Virus record (IMG/VR): IMGVR_UViG_3300028833_000109
Span: 32,350 to 96,349 of that record
Source of the DNA: a virus
Lineage: Duplodnaviria; Caudoviricetes
DNA: 64,000 bases
Strand: one strand, 5' to 3'
Every line of letters starts with the position of its first letter. Position 1 is the first letter of the stretch. Of the stretch, positions 18,162-28,227 are shown one piece after another. The notes under the pieces are model-generated. The model was given only the letters and a program-made list of their open reading frames with translations. It searched no databases and had not been told where the DNA came from. The position numbers and the translations under genes were made by a program.

Positions 18162-19338
18162 ATTTCCAAACGTAGCCATAAGCGGAATGTGTTCTGCCAG
18201 CAAGATTATTCCCGATGCAGGTCGTAACACCTTTTCCGAGTGTGCGGATTGCATCTTTAATAGAGTTGTGTGTTGCCACATATTCACCATCAAAGGTAAA
18301 TTGATTTATCTTTCGGGTTGCATCGGTTTTGAATGGTTCGGGTGCTGTTTCGCCCTTGTATCTCCAAATAAAACCATAGGCCGTCTTGAGGTTACCTTTG
18401 CAGCAATTTGTTATATCTGAGCATAGTTTTTTACCAAAAGAAATTGCCGCATCTGTTGCACTTGGAAATTCCTTGACAAACTCACCGTCTTTTGTGTATT
18501 GGCATACAGGTTTTGCCCCTTTCCCTTTGAGGTCTGGTCTTGGCCCCTTGCGTCCCTTTGGGATATACTCATTCTCCTTTTGTTCAACAATAAACCTAAG
18601 TCCATTAACCGTTACTACTCCGTCAATCTTTGGTATTCTGGATAACATGTGCCTATCAAAACCGTTTTCGCGCCCTGCTTCTGATACGCTCTTGTATCGC
18701 TTTACCTCGTTGTTGTTGTCGTCAAGAAGTATGACATATTTTTGGTGGGACTTCGGTTTGTCTTCTTCGTATTTGAAGATGCTGTTGTAGCTAAACACAT
18801 AACCATGCGCTGTTTTACTTTTACCATTTAAGCAGTCACCAATATCATAGCCAATCGACTCTTCAAGTTGCTTGACCCCACATTGATGAGCACAAACAAG
18901 GCTACCATCCATATTGAATTGGAAAATAGTCTTATGCTTGCCTTCAAGGTTCTTTCGCAAAGTTGCCTTTCGTTTTGCGTTTGCACTTCCGTATGAGTTA
19001 TTGTACGAGTAATCACAACGCTCCAGATTAGAAAGTACAGAGTTTGATCTATCCTCATCAATGTGGTTTACACAGGGTAAGCCGTATGGATTTGGAATAA
19101 ACGCATCTGCAATCAGTTTATGAACGCAGATGGTTTTCACAACTCCATTTTTTGAAAGATTTATATCAGGATAACCAGTTTGCTTGGAAATTCTGTTCTT
19201 CAAAATCCTTTCTTCGTAGAGCCTTTTTCTTCCCTTTGAGTCTGTGCTAATGCGTGACAATCTTTTAACCCTGCCAAGCGAACTAATCTCGTACAAACCT
19301 TCATAGCCAACAACAGGCTTCCAAATTTCGTTTTCCAT
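18151..19338 (-). CDS. NUMOD4-HNH homing endonuclease with NUMOD1/IENR1 repeats
   Basis: EIWKPVVGYEGLYEISSLGRVK (NUMOD4); VNHIDEDRSN..NLE (HNH); repeated QY/F...S..A..G...TAYG..W units. Confidence 0.9.
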   Translation of the reverse strand: MENEIWKPVVGYEGLYEISSLGRVKRLSRISTDSKGRKRLYEERILKNRISKQTGYPDINLSKNGVVKTICVHKLIADAFIPNPYGLPCVNHIDEDRSNSVLSNLERCDYSYNNSYGSANAKRKATLRKNLEGKHKTIFQFNMDGSLVCAHQCGVKQLEESIGYDIGDCLNGKSKTAHGYVFSYNSIFKYEEDKPKSHQKYVILLDDNNNEVKRYKSVSEAGRENGFDRHMLSRIPKIDGVVTVNGLRFIVEQKENEYIPKGRKGPRPDLKGKGAKPVCQYTKDGEFVKEFPSATDAAISFGKKLCSDITNCCKGNLKTAYGFIWRYKGETAPEPFKTDATRKINQFTFDGEYVATHNSIKDAIRTLGKGVTTCIGNNLAGRTHSAYGYVWKYAN

Positions 19339-19363
19339 ATAATAAAAGAATTATTGTTGGCTA

Positions 19364-19371
19364 CAAAAGTA
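19364..19371 (-). promoter_or_regulatory. -7 promoter element for the HNH gene
   Basis: TACTTTTG about 25 nt upstream of the HNH ATG. Confidence 0.55.
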
Positions 19372-19447
19372 TATACAAAAGTTCCGTATTTTATGATATG
19401 TGACTGGAAACAAATTGAAACAAGTGGAAACGATAGAATTATGATAA

Positions 19448-21208
19448 CTAATGTGAGTTATTCCACCTATCCCAGTTGTTTTCAGAGCCATCCGTCCTAT
19501 TGCCCCATCGGTCAGTGTGCAAGAGATTAGGGCGACCTGGCTTACGTCCAGTGGCTACAGAGCCAGCCTTTTTCTTCGATTGCTTGGCTTTCTTGTCACC
19601 ATTATCTTCTTGATTCTCGTTTTGAGCCTTTATTACATCTACTTGTTGCTTAGTCTGGATTTCTGCAACCTCTTCTTGCATCTCAACAGCGTGTTCGTTT
19701 TGGATTTCGATACGTTGTTCCTCAACGAGCAACTGGTGCATATCTGCATCATGCTTTTCTTGCTGGATGCGCTCCCACTCTTGAGGTGTAGCGTAAGGAA
19801 GTTTTTCCGAAGCGGTCTGCTTTGACAAGAATCCACCAAGTACTGCTGTGTTGAGATTTTGAGTTAACTCGCTGAGGTTGAGGTGGATATATGGCTCAAT
19901 GTAGTGTCTAATGTTGGTGTTCATAAACTCCAGCCTGCTCTCACTCTCGATGCCGTAACCCCAGTTGAAGATGTCGATAATCTTGTCCAAACAACCATCG
20001 TATTCGTGCGCATCGTTCATCGCTTTCTCAAACGCATCCGAATACATGATTTTCAGCGCAACGCCAGGAGTGTCGCCCGATTTCAGTTCTGGAGTCTTGA
20101 CTGCAAAGGACTGCTTGTAGATGCTCTCTTCCAGTTTGTCAAGTTCACCCTTGTAGGCGTTGCTCGCATCCTGTCGGTTAAGGAAGCCAGCCTCGCCGTC
20201 CGACGGCAGGAACATGATTTTTGAGGCATAGGACATATCCTTGCTCTCGATGACCTCGCTGCCTTCACCCTTGACATACATAATCGGCAATCCGAAATCG
20301 TGATTGCTGTGCGCAAGGTTGGAGAATGCGTGTTCGTAGTTCTCGATGGCTTCCTGCGAGAATGTCCAGCATGGGCCGTTATCGTCACGCATGTAAGACA
20401 CGGGAATACTGTCGAACTGGTGCGGTGTCTTCTCCTCAAGTTTGTAGCCATCTGCTGAGAATGCCTTAACAATGGCTTGAACAATTTTGCCAGTGATGGT
20501 TGAAGGGTCGCCGTCTGCAACGAATCGGTAGTAGTACTGATCGTCCCAAACGTCAATATACCGCTTAGACACATTGCCTTTCTCATCAATGGCTGTGTAT
20601 GTCCTTGCAAACGTGTCGAGTTTGCCAGTGCGCAGGTTATAGTGCGGATAGAGTTTGTCGCCGTCAAGGAACGAAAGCACCTTCCATCCGAATTTGCCTT
20701 TGTCCATAAAACCGACAAAAGCACCGTCGCCAGTCGCCTTGACCGACTTGACAAGCTGATACCAGCCGATTTCCATGTTTTTGTTCGCCCATCCGTTGCG
20801 GTGTTCGGTGTAGGTCTTTGTCGCCTTGTCGGTGGCCTTCTTGTCGGAAAGCTCAAACTGCACGTCATTACCGCAAAGGTGCGTCAAGTGCTTGACGAGG
20901 ATAATCTGCTGGAACGAGAAAGCGTAGCGCGGAATCTCCTGCACATACCACCTGCCGTCATCTTCGTTCTTTACCCAAATGTCGGGATAGAGTTCCTTGT
21001 CGTTGATGAGGTGACCGGCAGGGTCGAGTTCACGCAAGAAATCCTCCTGCGTGACGATTTTCCTGCGGATAGTGTCGTGCGGGATGATAATCTCCTTGTT
21101 GTCGCCGTCAATGTAGCCGTGGTCGTACTGACCACCAGGCATGATTCTCGTGAAGGGTCTCTTTGTCAAGAGCTCCCTGAGTTTCGGTTGAGTGATGTTT
21201 TCTGCCAT
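19448..21208 (-). CDS. portal protein (SPP1 gp6-like)
   Basis: 586 aa directly after TerL; HLCGN, PHQFDSIPV and PGVALKIMY motifs typical of SPP1-type portals. Confidence 0.8.
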   Translation of the reverse strand: MAENITQPKLRELLTKRPFTRIMPGGQYDHGYIDGDNKEIIIPHDTIRRKIVTQEDFLRELDPAGHLINDKELYPDIWVKNEDDGRWYVQEIPRYAFSFQQIILVKHLTHLCGNDVQFELSDKKATDKATKTYTEHRNGWANKNMEIGWYQLVKSVKATGDGAFVGFMDKGKFGWKVLSFLDGDKLYPHYNLRTGKLDTFARTYTAIDEKGNVSKRYIDVWDDQYYYRFVADGDPSTITGKIVQAIVKAFSADGYKLEEKTPHQFDSIPVSYMRDDNGPCWTFSQEAIENYEHAFSNLAHSNHDFGLPIMYVKGEGSEVIESKDMSYASKIMFLPSDGEAGFLNRQDASNAYKGELDKLEESIYKQSFAVKTPELKSGDTPGVALKIMYSDAFEKAMNDAHEYDGCLDKIIDIFNWGYGIESESRLEFMNTNIRHYIEPYIHLNLSELTQNLNTAVLGGFLSKQTASEKLPYATPQEWERIQQEKHDADMHQLLVEEQRIEIQNEHAVEMQEEVAEIQTKQQVDVIKAQNENQEDNGDKKAKQSKKKAGSVATGRKPGRPNLLHTDRWGNRTDGSENNWDRWNNSH

Positions 21209-21217
21209 AGTATTTGT

Positions 21218-23965
21218 TTATCTTCTAATGAGTCTTCGGTGTACGAATTTGTTGTGTGATGACCTCGCCCATTCGGGAACGACCGCCTGCGTCTTCTTGA
21301 CATCGAAGATTTCGCGCATGAACAACGCCTCAAAGAAGTCGGGCGAGTGGCCGACAAGCGACTTGTGTTTCATCTGTTCCTTGTGGATAAGGCACCAGCC
21401 CTTGTCGCTTTTCGACATGTCCTGACGGACGCATTTGCGCTCGGTTTGCAGGATGTCGTACAATGTGCGCGTTTCCTTGCCTATCTGATACTTGCGGTTA
21501 AGCAAGGTGTGCTCGATGCTCCATTCGCACTGCTGTGTGCGCTCTGCGAACTTGTACGCGCACTGCGACTTGATGTTGTCGTATAGGTTCTTGTCCTTTT
21601 TTGCGACAGCTTCAAGGTTGTTGAACGGAACGGCGTTCGGAAAAGCGCCTTTAAGCACCTGCCCCATGCCGTTAAGGTCATAGGTGAAGTTTTGCTCAAG
21701 CACGCCCCATTCCTGCAACTTGGCTTTGAGGAGTGAAGCCGTGTTGAACGGGTCTCTTCGGCACACGAACACATCAGCCACATGCCATCCTATCCATAGC
21801 CACGTCACGCAGTTGTCGCCGCCAGTACCTGCAACGTCACACGATGCCCTACGCACGCCATCGTCAGTCTTTTGCGCGTTACGGAACACGCTGTCAAGGT
21901 GGCTGGCTTGTATCATGTCGCTGCTTGTCTTGATGATGTCCCAGTTGCCGTCGAACTCCCTTGCCCTGATTTCGGGTGGTTGGTTAAGCAGGTTTGCGAC
22001 ATACGACGGGTCGTTCTTCAAGAGCGCCTTGTTGTCTTTCAGCGAAGCCTTGATGAACGTGACCGACTTGACGAAAAACGATGTTTTCGTGTAGCCGTAT
22101 TTCTCCCATTCGGGGTCCCATGCGTCATCAATGAGTTCCCTGCATTGCTCATACACTTCTTCGGGTGTGTTGCCCCAAACGATGTTATCAACCGAGTCGT
22201 CGGGCATGTAGCAGTACCTTACCACTCCGTCACGTTCGGGGATGGCGAACCCTTTCAGTTCGGGATGGGTCTGACCATCAGAGTATATGGTATCTTCTTT
22301 CCCTATCCACCAGTCAACGAACTTTCTCAGCCAACTCAGCGGGTCTGGATTGCAGGTGCCGAGGATGCGGGAATGCACGCCGAACGTGTTTCGGTTACAA
22401 GTCATCAGGAACTTGAACATCTCAAACGGAATCTGCGGCAACTCGTCGATGCCGATGTATGCGAACTGCTGACCACGGAACTTGATGTCGAAGTCCACCA
22501 TCGGCATGTCGTAATACCAAAAACCAAGTTTCGCGCCAGAGCGGAAATTCCACGTCATATCGTCTTTCGACTTGTTGTATTTGCCGAGTTTATCAAACCA
22601 CCTGTTGCTCTCGTTGATGATGTTCTCGAAGTCATCCTTGTTCTTACGGAAGATGATGCCATTGAAGTGCCTGTTGCTGATGTCGTACAGCGGCTCCATG
22701 AGCATAGTCACAGTGTTGTGGTTGATGTTGTAGCCTTCAGTGAGATACAAGTGGTCTTTGCCAGTGACCGTAATGCAGCGGAACTGGCGCTTGACGTTAT
22801 CCTTTTTGATTTGCAGGATTTTCTTCGTCAATATACCCTTTGAGTAAGGGCTTGTCGCTTTGTTGGCATTCACTTTAGCGCTTTTGCTGTAATTGACCTT
22901 ACAAGACGGATACAGTTCTGCGTCGTTCGGTGCTTTGAGTGACACGTTCCACCAGCCCCACTTTTCCTGGTCTTCGGTTTCCTCGTAAACCGTCGCATAG
23001 ATTCCGAGCGAACGGGCGAGGTCTGCGATTTCCTCGATGAACTTCTTGTTCTTTAGGCAAATGTAAGGGCCAGGGTTTTTCTTTCCCCTTCTTGCGCGGA
23101 CGCTTATCGAAATCACACCCCACAGGTATTCCCATCTCGACTGCACGGATGCGGTTTTGTACATGTCGGGGATATGCGCGTCCTGCCTTGTCCTGCGTGT
23201 CGTGATTTGGTTGCAGACATCCAGCGGTATGCCGCGTATCTGCCAAATGTGCCTTGATCTCGGCTTGAGTGTCACTTTATAGCCCAACAAAGACAAATGA
23301 TATGATGTGTAGTGGTTGCCGCCGCGCAGAGTAATGCCGTCTTTCCCGAATGTCCATGTGCCGTCGCCGCTGATATGACCGAGCGCGAACGGATGGATGG
23401 GCAGTTTGTCTGGTGTCATATCCTCGTTCATCGCCACTTCTCCGCATAAAGGTATTTCGGCGTATTCAAACACATCTTGGCGCAACGATACTGGATATTT
23501 CGCATTGATGACATACCTGTCGAAAATTTCCCTTGCGGTCATTTCCCTGAAATCCTCGCCTTCGCCGAGCCTTGCCCAAAAGCGGTGGTCATCCATACAC
23601 ACGACCTTAGTGCCGTCATCGAGGCAGACCGTATATGCGGCTTGCCAGCCTTGGTCGTAGATACCGCTCACCTTCTGAACGCCGTCGTATGGAGTGCAGA
23701 TTTCATCGCCGATTTCAAGTGCGCCCATTTTCTTATAGCCGTTTGGTGTTGCGACAAGCGTGTTTACGCTGTTCGCTTTGCCGCCGCCTCGGTTGCCTCC
23801 GAACACAACAATGTCAGCGGTGTTGCTCAATCCGAGTTCCTGTGCGCCGCTTTGGGCGATGAACGATGCCTTGTCTTCCTTCTCACGAAGACCGACAATG
23901 TACTCAAGAGGGTAGATGGGCTTGCCATCTCTGGTATGAAAATCCGATAAATCCTTTGTTGTCAT
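21218..23965 (-). CDS. terL: terminase large subunit with intein
   Basis: Walker A GGNRGGGK|T split by the intein; Walker B IGIDE; GTCNP; nuclease motif CDVAGTGGD; SPDFFEA. Confidence 0.92.
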   Translation of the reverse strand: MTTKDLSDFHTRDGKPIYPLEYIVGLREKEDKASFIAQSGAQELGLSNTADIVVFGGNRGGGKANSVNTLVATPNGYKKMGALEIGDEICTPYDGVQKVSGIYDQGWQAAYTVCLDDGTKVVCMDDHRFWARLGEGEDFREMTAREIFDRYVINAKYPVSLRQDVFEYAEIPLCGEVAMNEDMTPDKLPIHPFALGHISGDGTWTFGKDGITLRGGNHYTSYHLSLLGYKVTLKPRSRHIWQIRGIPLDVCNQITTRRTRQDAHIPDMYKTASVQSRWEYLWGVISISVRARRGKKNPGPYICLKNKKFIEEIADLARSLGIYATVYEETEDQEKWGWWNVSLKAPNDAELYPSCKVNYSKSAKVNANKATSPYSKGILTKKILQIKKDNVKRQFRCITVTGKDHLYLTEGYNINHNTVTMLMEPLYDISNRHFNGIIFRKNKDDFENIINESNRWFDKLGKYNKSKDDMTWNFRSGAKLGFWYYDMPMVDFDIKFRGQQFAYIGIDELPQIPFEMFKFLMTCNRNTFGVHSRILGTCNPDPLSWLRKFVDWWIGKEDTIYSDGQTHPELKGFAIPERDGVVRYCYMPDDSVDNIVWGNTPEEVYEQCRELIDDAWDPEWEKYGYTKTSFFVKSVTFIKASLKDNKALLKNDPSYVANLLNQPPEIRAREFDGNWDIIKTSSDMIQASHLDSVFRNAQKTDDGVRRASCDVAGTGGDNCVTWLWIGWHVADVFVCRRDPFNTASLLKAKLQEWGVLEQNFTYDLNGMGQVLKGAFPNAVPFNNLEAVAKKDKNLYDNIKSQCAYKFAERTQQCEWSIEHTLLNRKYQIGKETRTLYDILQTERKCVRQDMSKSDKGWCLIHKEQMKHKSLVGHSPDFFEALFMREIFDVKKTQAVVPEWARSSHNKFVHRRLIRR
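22715..23776 (-). mobile_element. 354-aa intein (Ala1, class-3-like) with degenerate LAGLIDADG domain
   Basis: starts ANSVNTLVATPNG; block B HRFW; block F CITV; ends NHN/T; LGHISGDG motif. Confidence 0.9.
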
Positions 23966-23987
23966 TTGATTGCATTTATTTAGGTAA

Positions 23988-24089
23988 CAAATTTAGTATG
24001 AATATTTTCGATAGATTTAGGCATTTTGGAAACGAGCGGATTGTTTCCACAAATTTGTATAAAAATACTCTTTTGTTTGCATATCTTTG
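23988..24089. promoter_or_regulatory. divergent promoters for the packaging (-) and head (+) operons
   Basis: TAAATTTG on minus at 23988-23995; TATCTTTG on plus at 24082-24089. Confidence 0.7.
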
Positions 24090-24150
24090 CACCAAAGTAT
24101 CTGCTTGCGAGAAACGCAGGTTAAAAAAAAGAAATCAATTCAAATCAACT

Positions 24151-24972
24151 ATGGAGAGAGACATTCTCATTCAAAATCTCAGGACTAAGGTTGGAGAAGA
24201 CAACTGCAAGTCCATCAGTGACAAGACGTTTGAGGGTATCGCTGACGTGTACCTTCCCATGTTTGCCGATGATTCGGCAATTACCGACGAGACGTGGAAA
24301 TTCCCCGTTGCCGCTCTTAACGAGTTCGCAGGGCAGAAGCGCCACGACGAGAAGGCATTCGCAGAGAAGTTCAAGGCCGACTACGCCAAGCAGTACGATG
24401 AACAGCACAAGAAAGATGTTGAAGACCGTATCGCAAAGGCCGTAGAGAAGGCCGTTGAAGAGTACAAGAGCCAGCACCCCGACAAGAAGACCGGCGAAGA
24501 CGGAAGCAAAGAGCCAGAGAACCTGGACGAGCGAATCGGCAACGCAGTCGCCAATGCTCTCGCAAAGCTCACGGGCGAAGAGGGAGAAATCGGCAAGTTG
24601 TCGAAGACCGTCACCGATTTCATGAAGTCACAGGCCGACAGGGAGAAGACCGAGGCCAAAAACCGTGTCAAGGCGCAACTCCGCAAGCACCTCATTGACC
24701 TCAAGGCCAACAACGAGGCTTGCGTTGACGATGCTTTGGGTGACATCGAATATGGAGAGAAACCCACGTTCGACGAACTCAAGCAGTCGGCGATTGACGC
24801 CTATGAGAAGCGTTACAAGCGCTACTACGGCGACGGAGGAAAACCCTTCGGCGGTGATAGTGGCGGCACGGGTGGCAGCGCGGATTTCGTGAAAGAGCGC
24901 ATTGAAAAACTCAAAGAGGAAAACAAGCGCAACGCGAACTATGCTGCCGAAATTAGCAAAGACTTTAAGTAA
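24151..24972 (+). CDS. capsid scaffolding protein
   Basis: charged helical protein upstream of the capsid genes; start MERDILIQ at 24151. Confidence 0.65.
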   Translation: MERDILIQNLRTKVGEDNCKSISDKTFEGIADVYLPMFADDSAITDETWKFPVAALNEFAGQKRHDEKAFAEKFKADYAKQYDEQHKKDVEDRIAKAVEKAVEEYKSQHPDKKTGEDGSKEPENLDERIGNAVANALAKLTGEEGEIGKLSKTVTDFMKSQADREKTEAKNRVKAQLRKHLIDLKANNEACVDDALGDIEYGEKPTFDELKQSAIDAYEKRYKRYYGDGGKPFGGDSGGTGGSADFVKERIEKLKEENKRNANYAAEISKDFK

Positions 24973-24996
24973 CACACAACAAGTAAACAAGTTAAC

Positions 24997-25662
24997 ATGA
25001 GAGGAACAATCAACAATTATGTGAAGTGGAGCTCGAACTTCGGCGGTGTCCGCAAGTGTTTCGAGGGTCACACTATCGTTGCCGTTGGCGGTTTCAGCAT
25101 CGACCTCGATGACATGCCCACTTATGGCAACGCACTGGCCGCAGGTACTCCCGTGTACGCTGACGAGCAAGCCCGCACCATCGTGCCTCTTTACACCTTT
25201 AAGGTTGTGGCTGTTGACGGCACTTCTGCCACGAAGACCATCACCGTTGAGAAGCACGAGAACGGCACGACCGCAAAGGTCGGCATGAAACTCGGTGTTG
25301 TAGGCTCAAACCTCGGCACTGCCGTTTCAAACGTGGCTACCGTTACCGCAATCGACAGCAGCAATGCTGGCTACGATGTTCTTTCCGTTGATGCCGTTGC
25401 GTCTGGCGGTACCGCCTTCATCGCAGCGAACGACATCCTTGCCGAGTTCAACGGAACCACCAAGAAGGTCAAGGTCGTTCCCAACGGCTTGACTTATCGT
25501 GACAACGTGCTTGACCCCGACGCTACGGCGATGGACGTTGACTACATCTGGAACTGCATGGAGAAGCCCGTGCTTGAGCGCCGTATGCCGCCTCTGACTG
25601 ACAGTCTCAAGGCCGCGTTGCTCGCCAATGGCTGCTTCTTCCGTTTCTCTAACCGCAAGTAA
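24997..25662 (+). CDS. head decoration/auxiliary capsid protein
   Basis: AGTPV motif and C-terminal ERRMPP; lies between scaffold and MCP. Confidence 0.65.
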   Translation: MRGTINNYVKWSSNFGGVRKCFEGHTIVAVGGFSIDLDDMPTYGNALAAGTPVYADEQARTIVPLYTFKVVAVDGTSATKTITVEKHENGTTAKVGMKLGVVGSNLGTAVSNVATVTAIDSSNAGYDVLSVDAVASGGTAFIAANDILAEFNGTTKKVKVVPNGLTYRDNVLDPDATAMDVDYIWNCMEKPVLERRMPPLTDSLKAALLANGCFFRFSNRK

Positions 25663-25680
25663 AGAAAGGAGGACTAAAAG

Positions 25681-26817
25681 ATGATCGACAAGAATCTTTT
25701 CACCATTGGTGGTCTGTACAACTACCTTAACGCAGAGAGTTTCGGTGTTGTTCTGGACAACGTGAACGCAAAGTACAACGATGCCATCTGGCGTCGCTAC
25801 GCAGACTGGGGTGTTCCCAGCAATGAGCGCGAGTGGAAGCAGGGAGTGAAGAAGACTCCTATCCTCGTTCGTGCAAGCGTTTTGGGTACTCATTCCGAGA
25901 AGCCCCAGCGCAGCACCCAGGGTTGGGAAATCTACGGAGGTACCTTGCCCAAGATTGGTCACGGCTTCAGCATCACTGAGGATGATATGATTGAGTTGCG
26001 CCGTATCGCAAAGCTCAACGACCTCACTTTCGGCGAGTCGCTTATCGACGCATTCATCAACAACTCAGGCAACATGCTTGGTGGCGTACACAACGAGTTG
26101 TCGTACATGACCTTGCAGGCGCTTTCGACTGGTGGTATCCACGATGTTGCCATTGATGGTTTCCGCTACGATTTCGACTTCCAGATTCCCGATGCCAACT
26201 TCACCGCGCCCGCTTCTGGCTCCGAGTGGTTCAACACCAACGGCACTGCCAACACCAGCGCAGACCCCATCGAGGACTTTATGACCTTCCAGTCTTATTT
26301 CACCGACACTCTTTCGCTCGGTGTTGACCACTGGAAGATTTCAAAGACCTTGCTGGACAACATCCTCAAGCATCCCGCTGTGACTGCCGCTTACAAGGCT
26401 GGCAAGAACTTCTATGCTCCCGACAACGTGAAGGTTGTCAAGAGCGACCTGCTTGCATGGATGCACGACGAGATGGGCATCTGGCCTTTCGACGTGATTG
26501 ACTTCAAGACCCGCCATGAGGAAGACGGCAAGCCCGTCAACGACGCACCCGCGTTCGATGTACACAACATGGCCGCTTGCAGCCGCTCCTACAAGCCCTT
26601 TGAGATGAAGTGTATGCGCAGCATCCTCGCTGACCGCGCATCCCTCGGCGCACACAACGACAGCGTGCGCACCACTCTGGTTGAGGGTCGCATCGCCGTG
26701 CAGGATGTATGGCATGACCGTCCCATGATGAACATCGTGGACTGCGAACTCTACGCTGGCCCCGTGTTCAACAACGTGAACGATTACGGTATTGTTACCG
26801 TATGGTCTGAGTCGTAA
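25681..26817 (+). CDS. major capsid protein (lambda gpE-like)
   Basis: 378 aa; LPKIGHG, QALSTG, DFQIP and ADPIED segments typical of gpE-like MCPs. Confidence 0.8.
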   Translation: MIDKNLFTIGGLYNYLNAESFGVVLDNVNAKYNDAIWRRYADWGVPSNEREWKQGVKKTPILVRASVLGTHSEKPQRSTQGWEIYGGTLPKIGHGFSITEDDMIELRRIAKLNDLTFGESLIDAFINNSGNMLGGVHNELSYMTLQALSTGGIHDVAIDGFRYDFDFQIPDANFTAPASGSEWFNTNGTANTSADPIEDFMTFQSYFTDTLSLGVDHWKISKTLLDNILKHPAVTAAYKAGKNFYAPDNVKVVKSDLLAWMHDEMGIWPFDVIDFKTRHEEDGKPVNDAPAFDVHNMAACSRSYKPFEMKCMRSILADRASLGAHNDSVRTTLVEGRIAVQDVWHDRPMMNIVDCELYAGPVFNNVNDYGIVTVWSES

Positions 26818-26848
26818 ATTTACGCAAACGTGACCTGAGACAACAACT

Positions 26849-27250
26849 ATGGCAACGGAAAACAGGACTGTGATTGATTACATCAACGGATTTTTCCCTG
26901 GTGCTAACGTCACTGAAACCATCATCGCCAACATCCTTTTCAAGACAGGCGTTGACCCCGAAGCCTCGCAGTGGGATTTGGATGAGCGTCAGCGTGACTT
27001 GATTTACGCTTACCTCATCCTCTATCTCGCCCCAGGTGCGGGGTCGTCGCAGAGGGTCACCGACAGGGATGGCGACTGGGAACACTCGGAGAGTACGAGC
27101 GCATGGACTTACTCCGACAGGAGCAATCTCTTGCGCTTGGCTCGCGCCTTGCTCGCAAAGTGGGGTATCGAGGATGAACTCGCAGATGTCGCAGGCGGCA
27201 AATGGGGTTTTAAGGGTACTGGTTTCCGTAAAATCCGCAGACATCCGTAA
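26849..27250 (+). CDS. head-tail connector protein
   Basis: position after the MCP; D-L-x-Y-A and DGDW motifs. Confidence 0.6.
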   Translation: MATENRTVIDYINGFFPGANVTETIIANILFKTGVDPEASQWDLDERQRDLIYAYLILYLAPGAGSSQRVTDRDGDWEHSESTSAWTYSDRSNLLRLARALLAKWGIEDELADVAGGKWGFKGTGFRKIRRHP

Positions 27251-27254
27251 CGTC

Positions 27255-27683
27255 ATGGCAGTTGACAATCCCCGCTTTCCGCACTTCTGTAGAATCATCC
27301 GATTCGCGGAGGTAAGTCCGATGGAAGACCAGACCATCGTGTCGGATGCTATGTCCGACGAGGTAGGTCAGTGTTGCATCGGATGCGCCTGTTCGGACTG
27401 CGATTGCCCTTGTGCCAGTGCTGGCGAAGGGGCGACGGTAATCTACAGAGGTGTTTGCAGGGGTTACAGCCGTGACACCGTTTCCGACAATGGCGATGTT
27501 AACGCATCGTACCGCTGGCTCTCTTTGCCGACAAAGCAGGACGAGTGGACGGAAGAAACCATTCCGTTGGAAGGTGACAAGGTGATACTGCAACGCTACG
27601 GGTATAGGGAATACGGGCTTGTCGTTGACAAGCGACCGAGCAACTTGGGTACTCACATCCTTTGGAAGTATGTCCGCAACTAA
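27255..27683 (+). CDS. head-tail adaptor/closure protein
   Basis: NPRFPHFCRI start; synteny; Cys-rich insert. Confidence 0.55.
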   Translation: MAVDNPRFPHFCRIIRFAEVSPMEDQTIVSDAMSDEVGQCCIGCACSDCDCPCASAGEGATVIYRGVCRGYSRDTVSDNGDVNASYRWLSLPTKQDEWTEETIPLEGDKVILQRYGYREYGLVVDKRPSNLGTHILWKYVRN

Positions 27684-28227
27684 CAAGCACATACTTGACG
27701 CTATCGACGATTACCGCAAGAAGATAATCGACGAGGTGGAGAGGCGGTGCAGGGATTACTGCCAAGACTTGTGTTGGGCTGCTATCCGTTACAGGAGAGA
27801 AAACCCAGACGCGCATGACTTCACGGGAAATCTCCTCAGTTCGATTGTTGTATGCTTGTATCGGGAGAGAAAGCCACTTACAGCATACTACGCTTCGGAG
27901 CAGTTCATTCCCAAGGCAATCCAAGTCAAGATGTCCGCGAACAACAAGTATCGAAAGAGATATTTCTTTAATCCGGACTATTCGGGTGATACGAGCATGT
28001 TTCGCGCAGATGTGAAGACGGACAAAGGGTGGGGTGAAAATGATGCAAGGCTTTTCTTTAACTCTTTTACACCAAAAGGTAATAATCTATTCGATATTGT
28101 CGTGGCATACCCTGTTGAGTATGCTGACATCATCGAGAACGAGAGGAGCACGACTGGTATCATTGACACTTACACCCACGCAGAGAAGGTTGGAGTATTT
28201 TGGCTAAAACTCGTAAGGAAATCATAA
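27670..28227 (+). CDS. HK97 gp10-like neck protein
   Basis: TGNLLSSI and VEYA motifs. Confidence 0.65.
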   Translation: MSATNKHILDAIDDYRKKIIDEVERRCRDYCQDLCWAAIRYRRENPDAHDFTGNLLSSIVVCLYRERKPLTAYYASEQFIPKAIQVKMSANNKYRKRYFFNPDYSGDTSMFRADVKTDKGWGENDARLFFNSFTPKGNNLFDIVVAYPVEYADIIENERSTTGIIDTYTHAEKVGVFWLKLVRKS

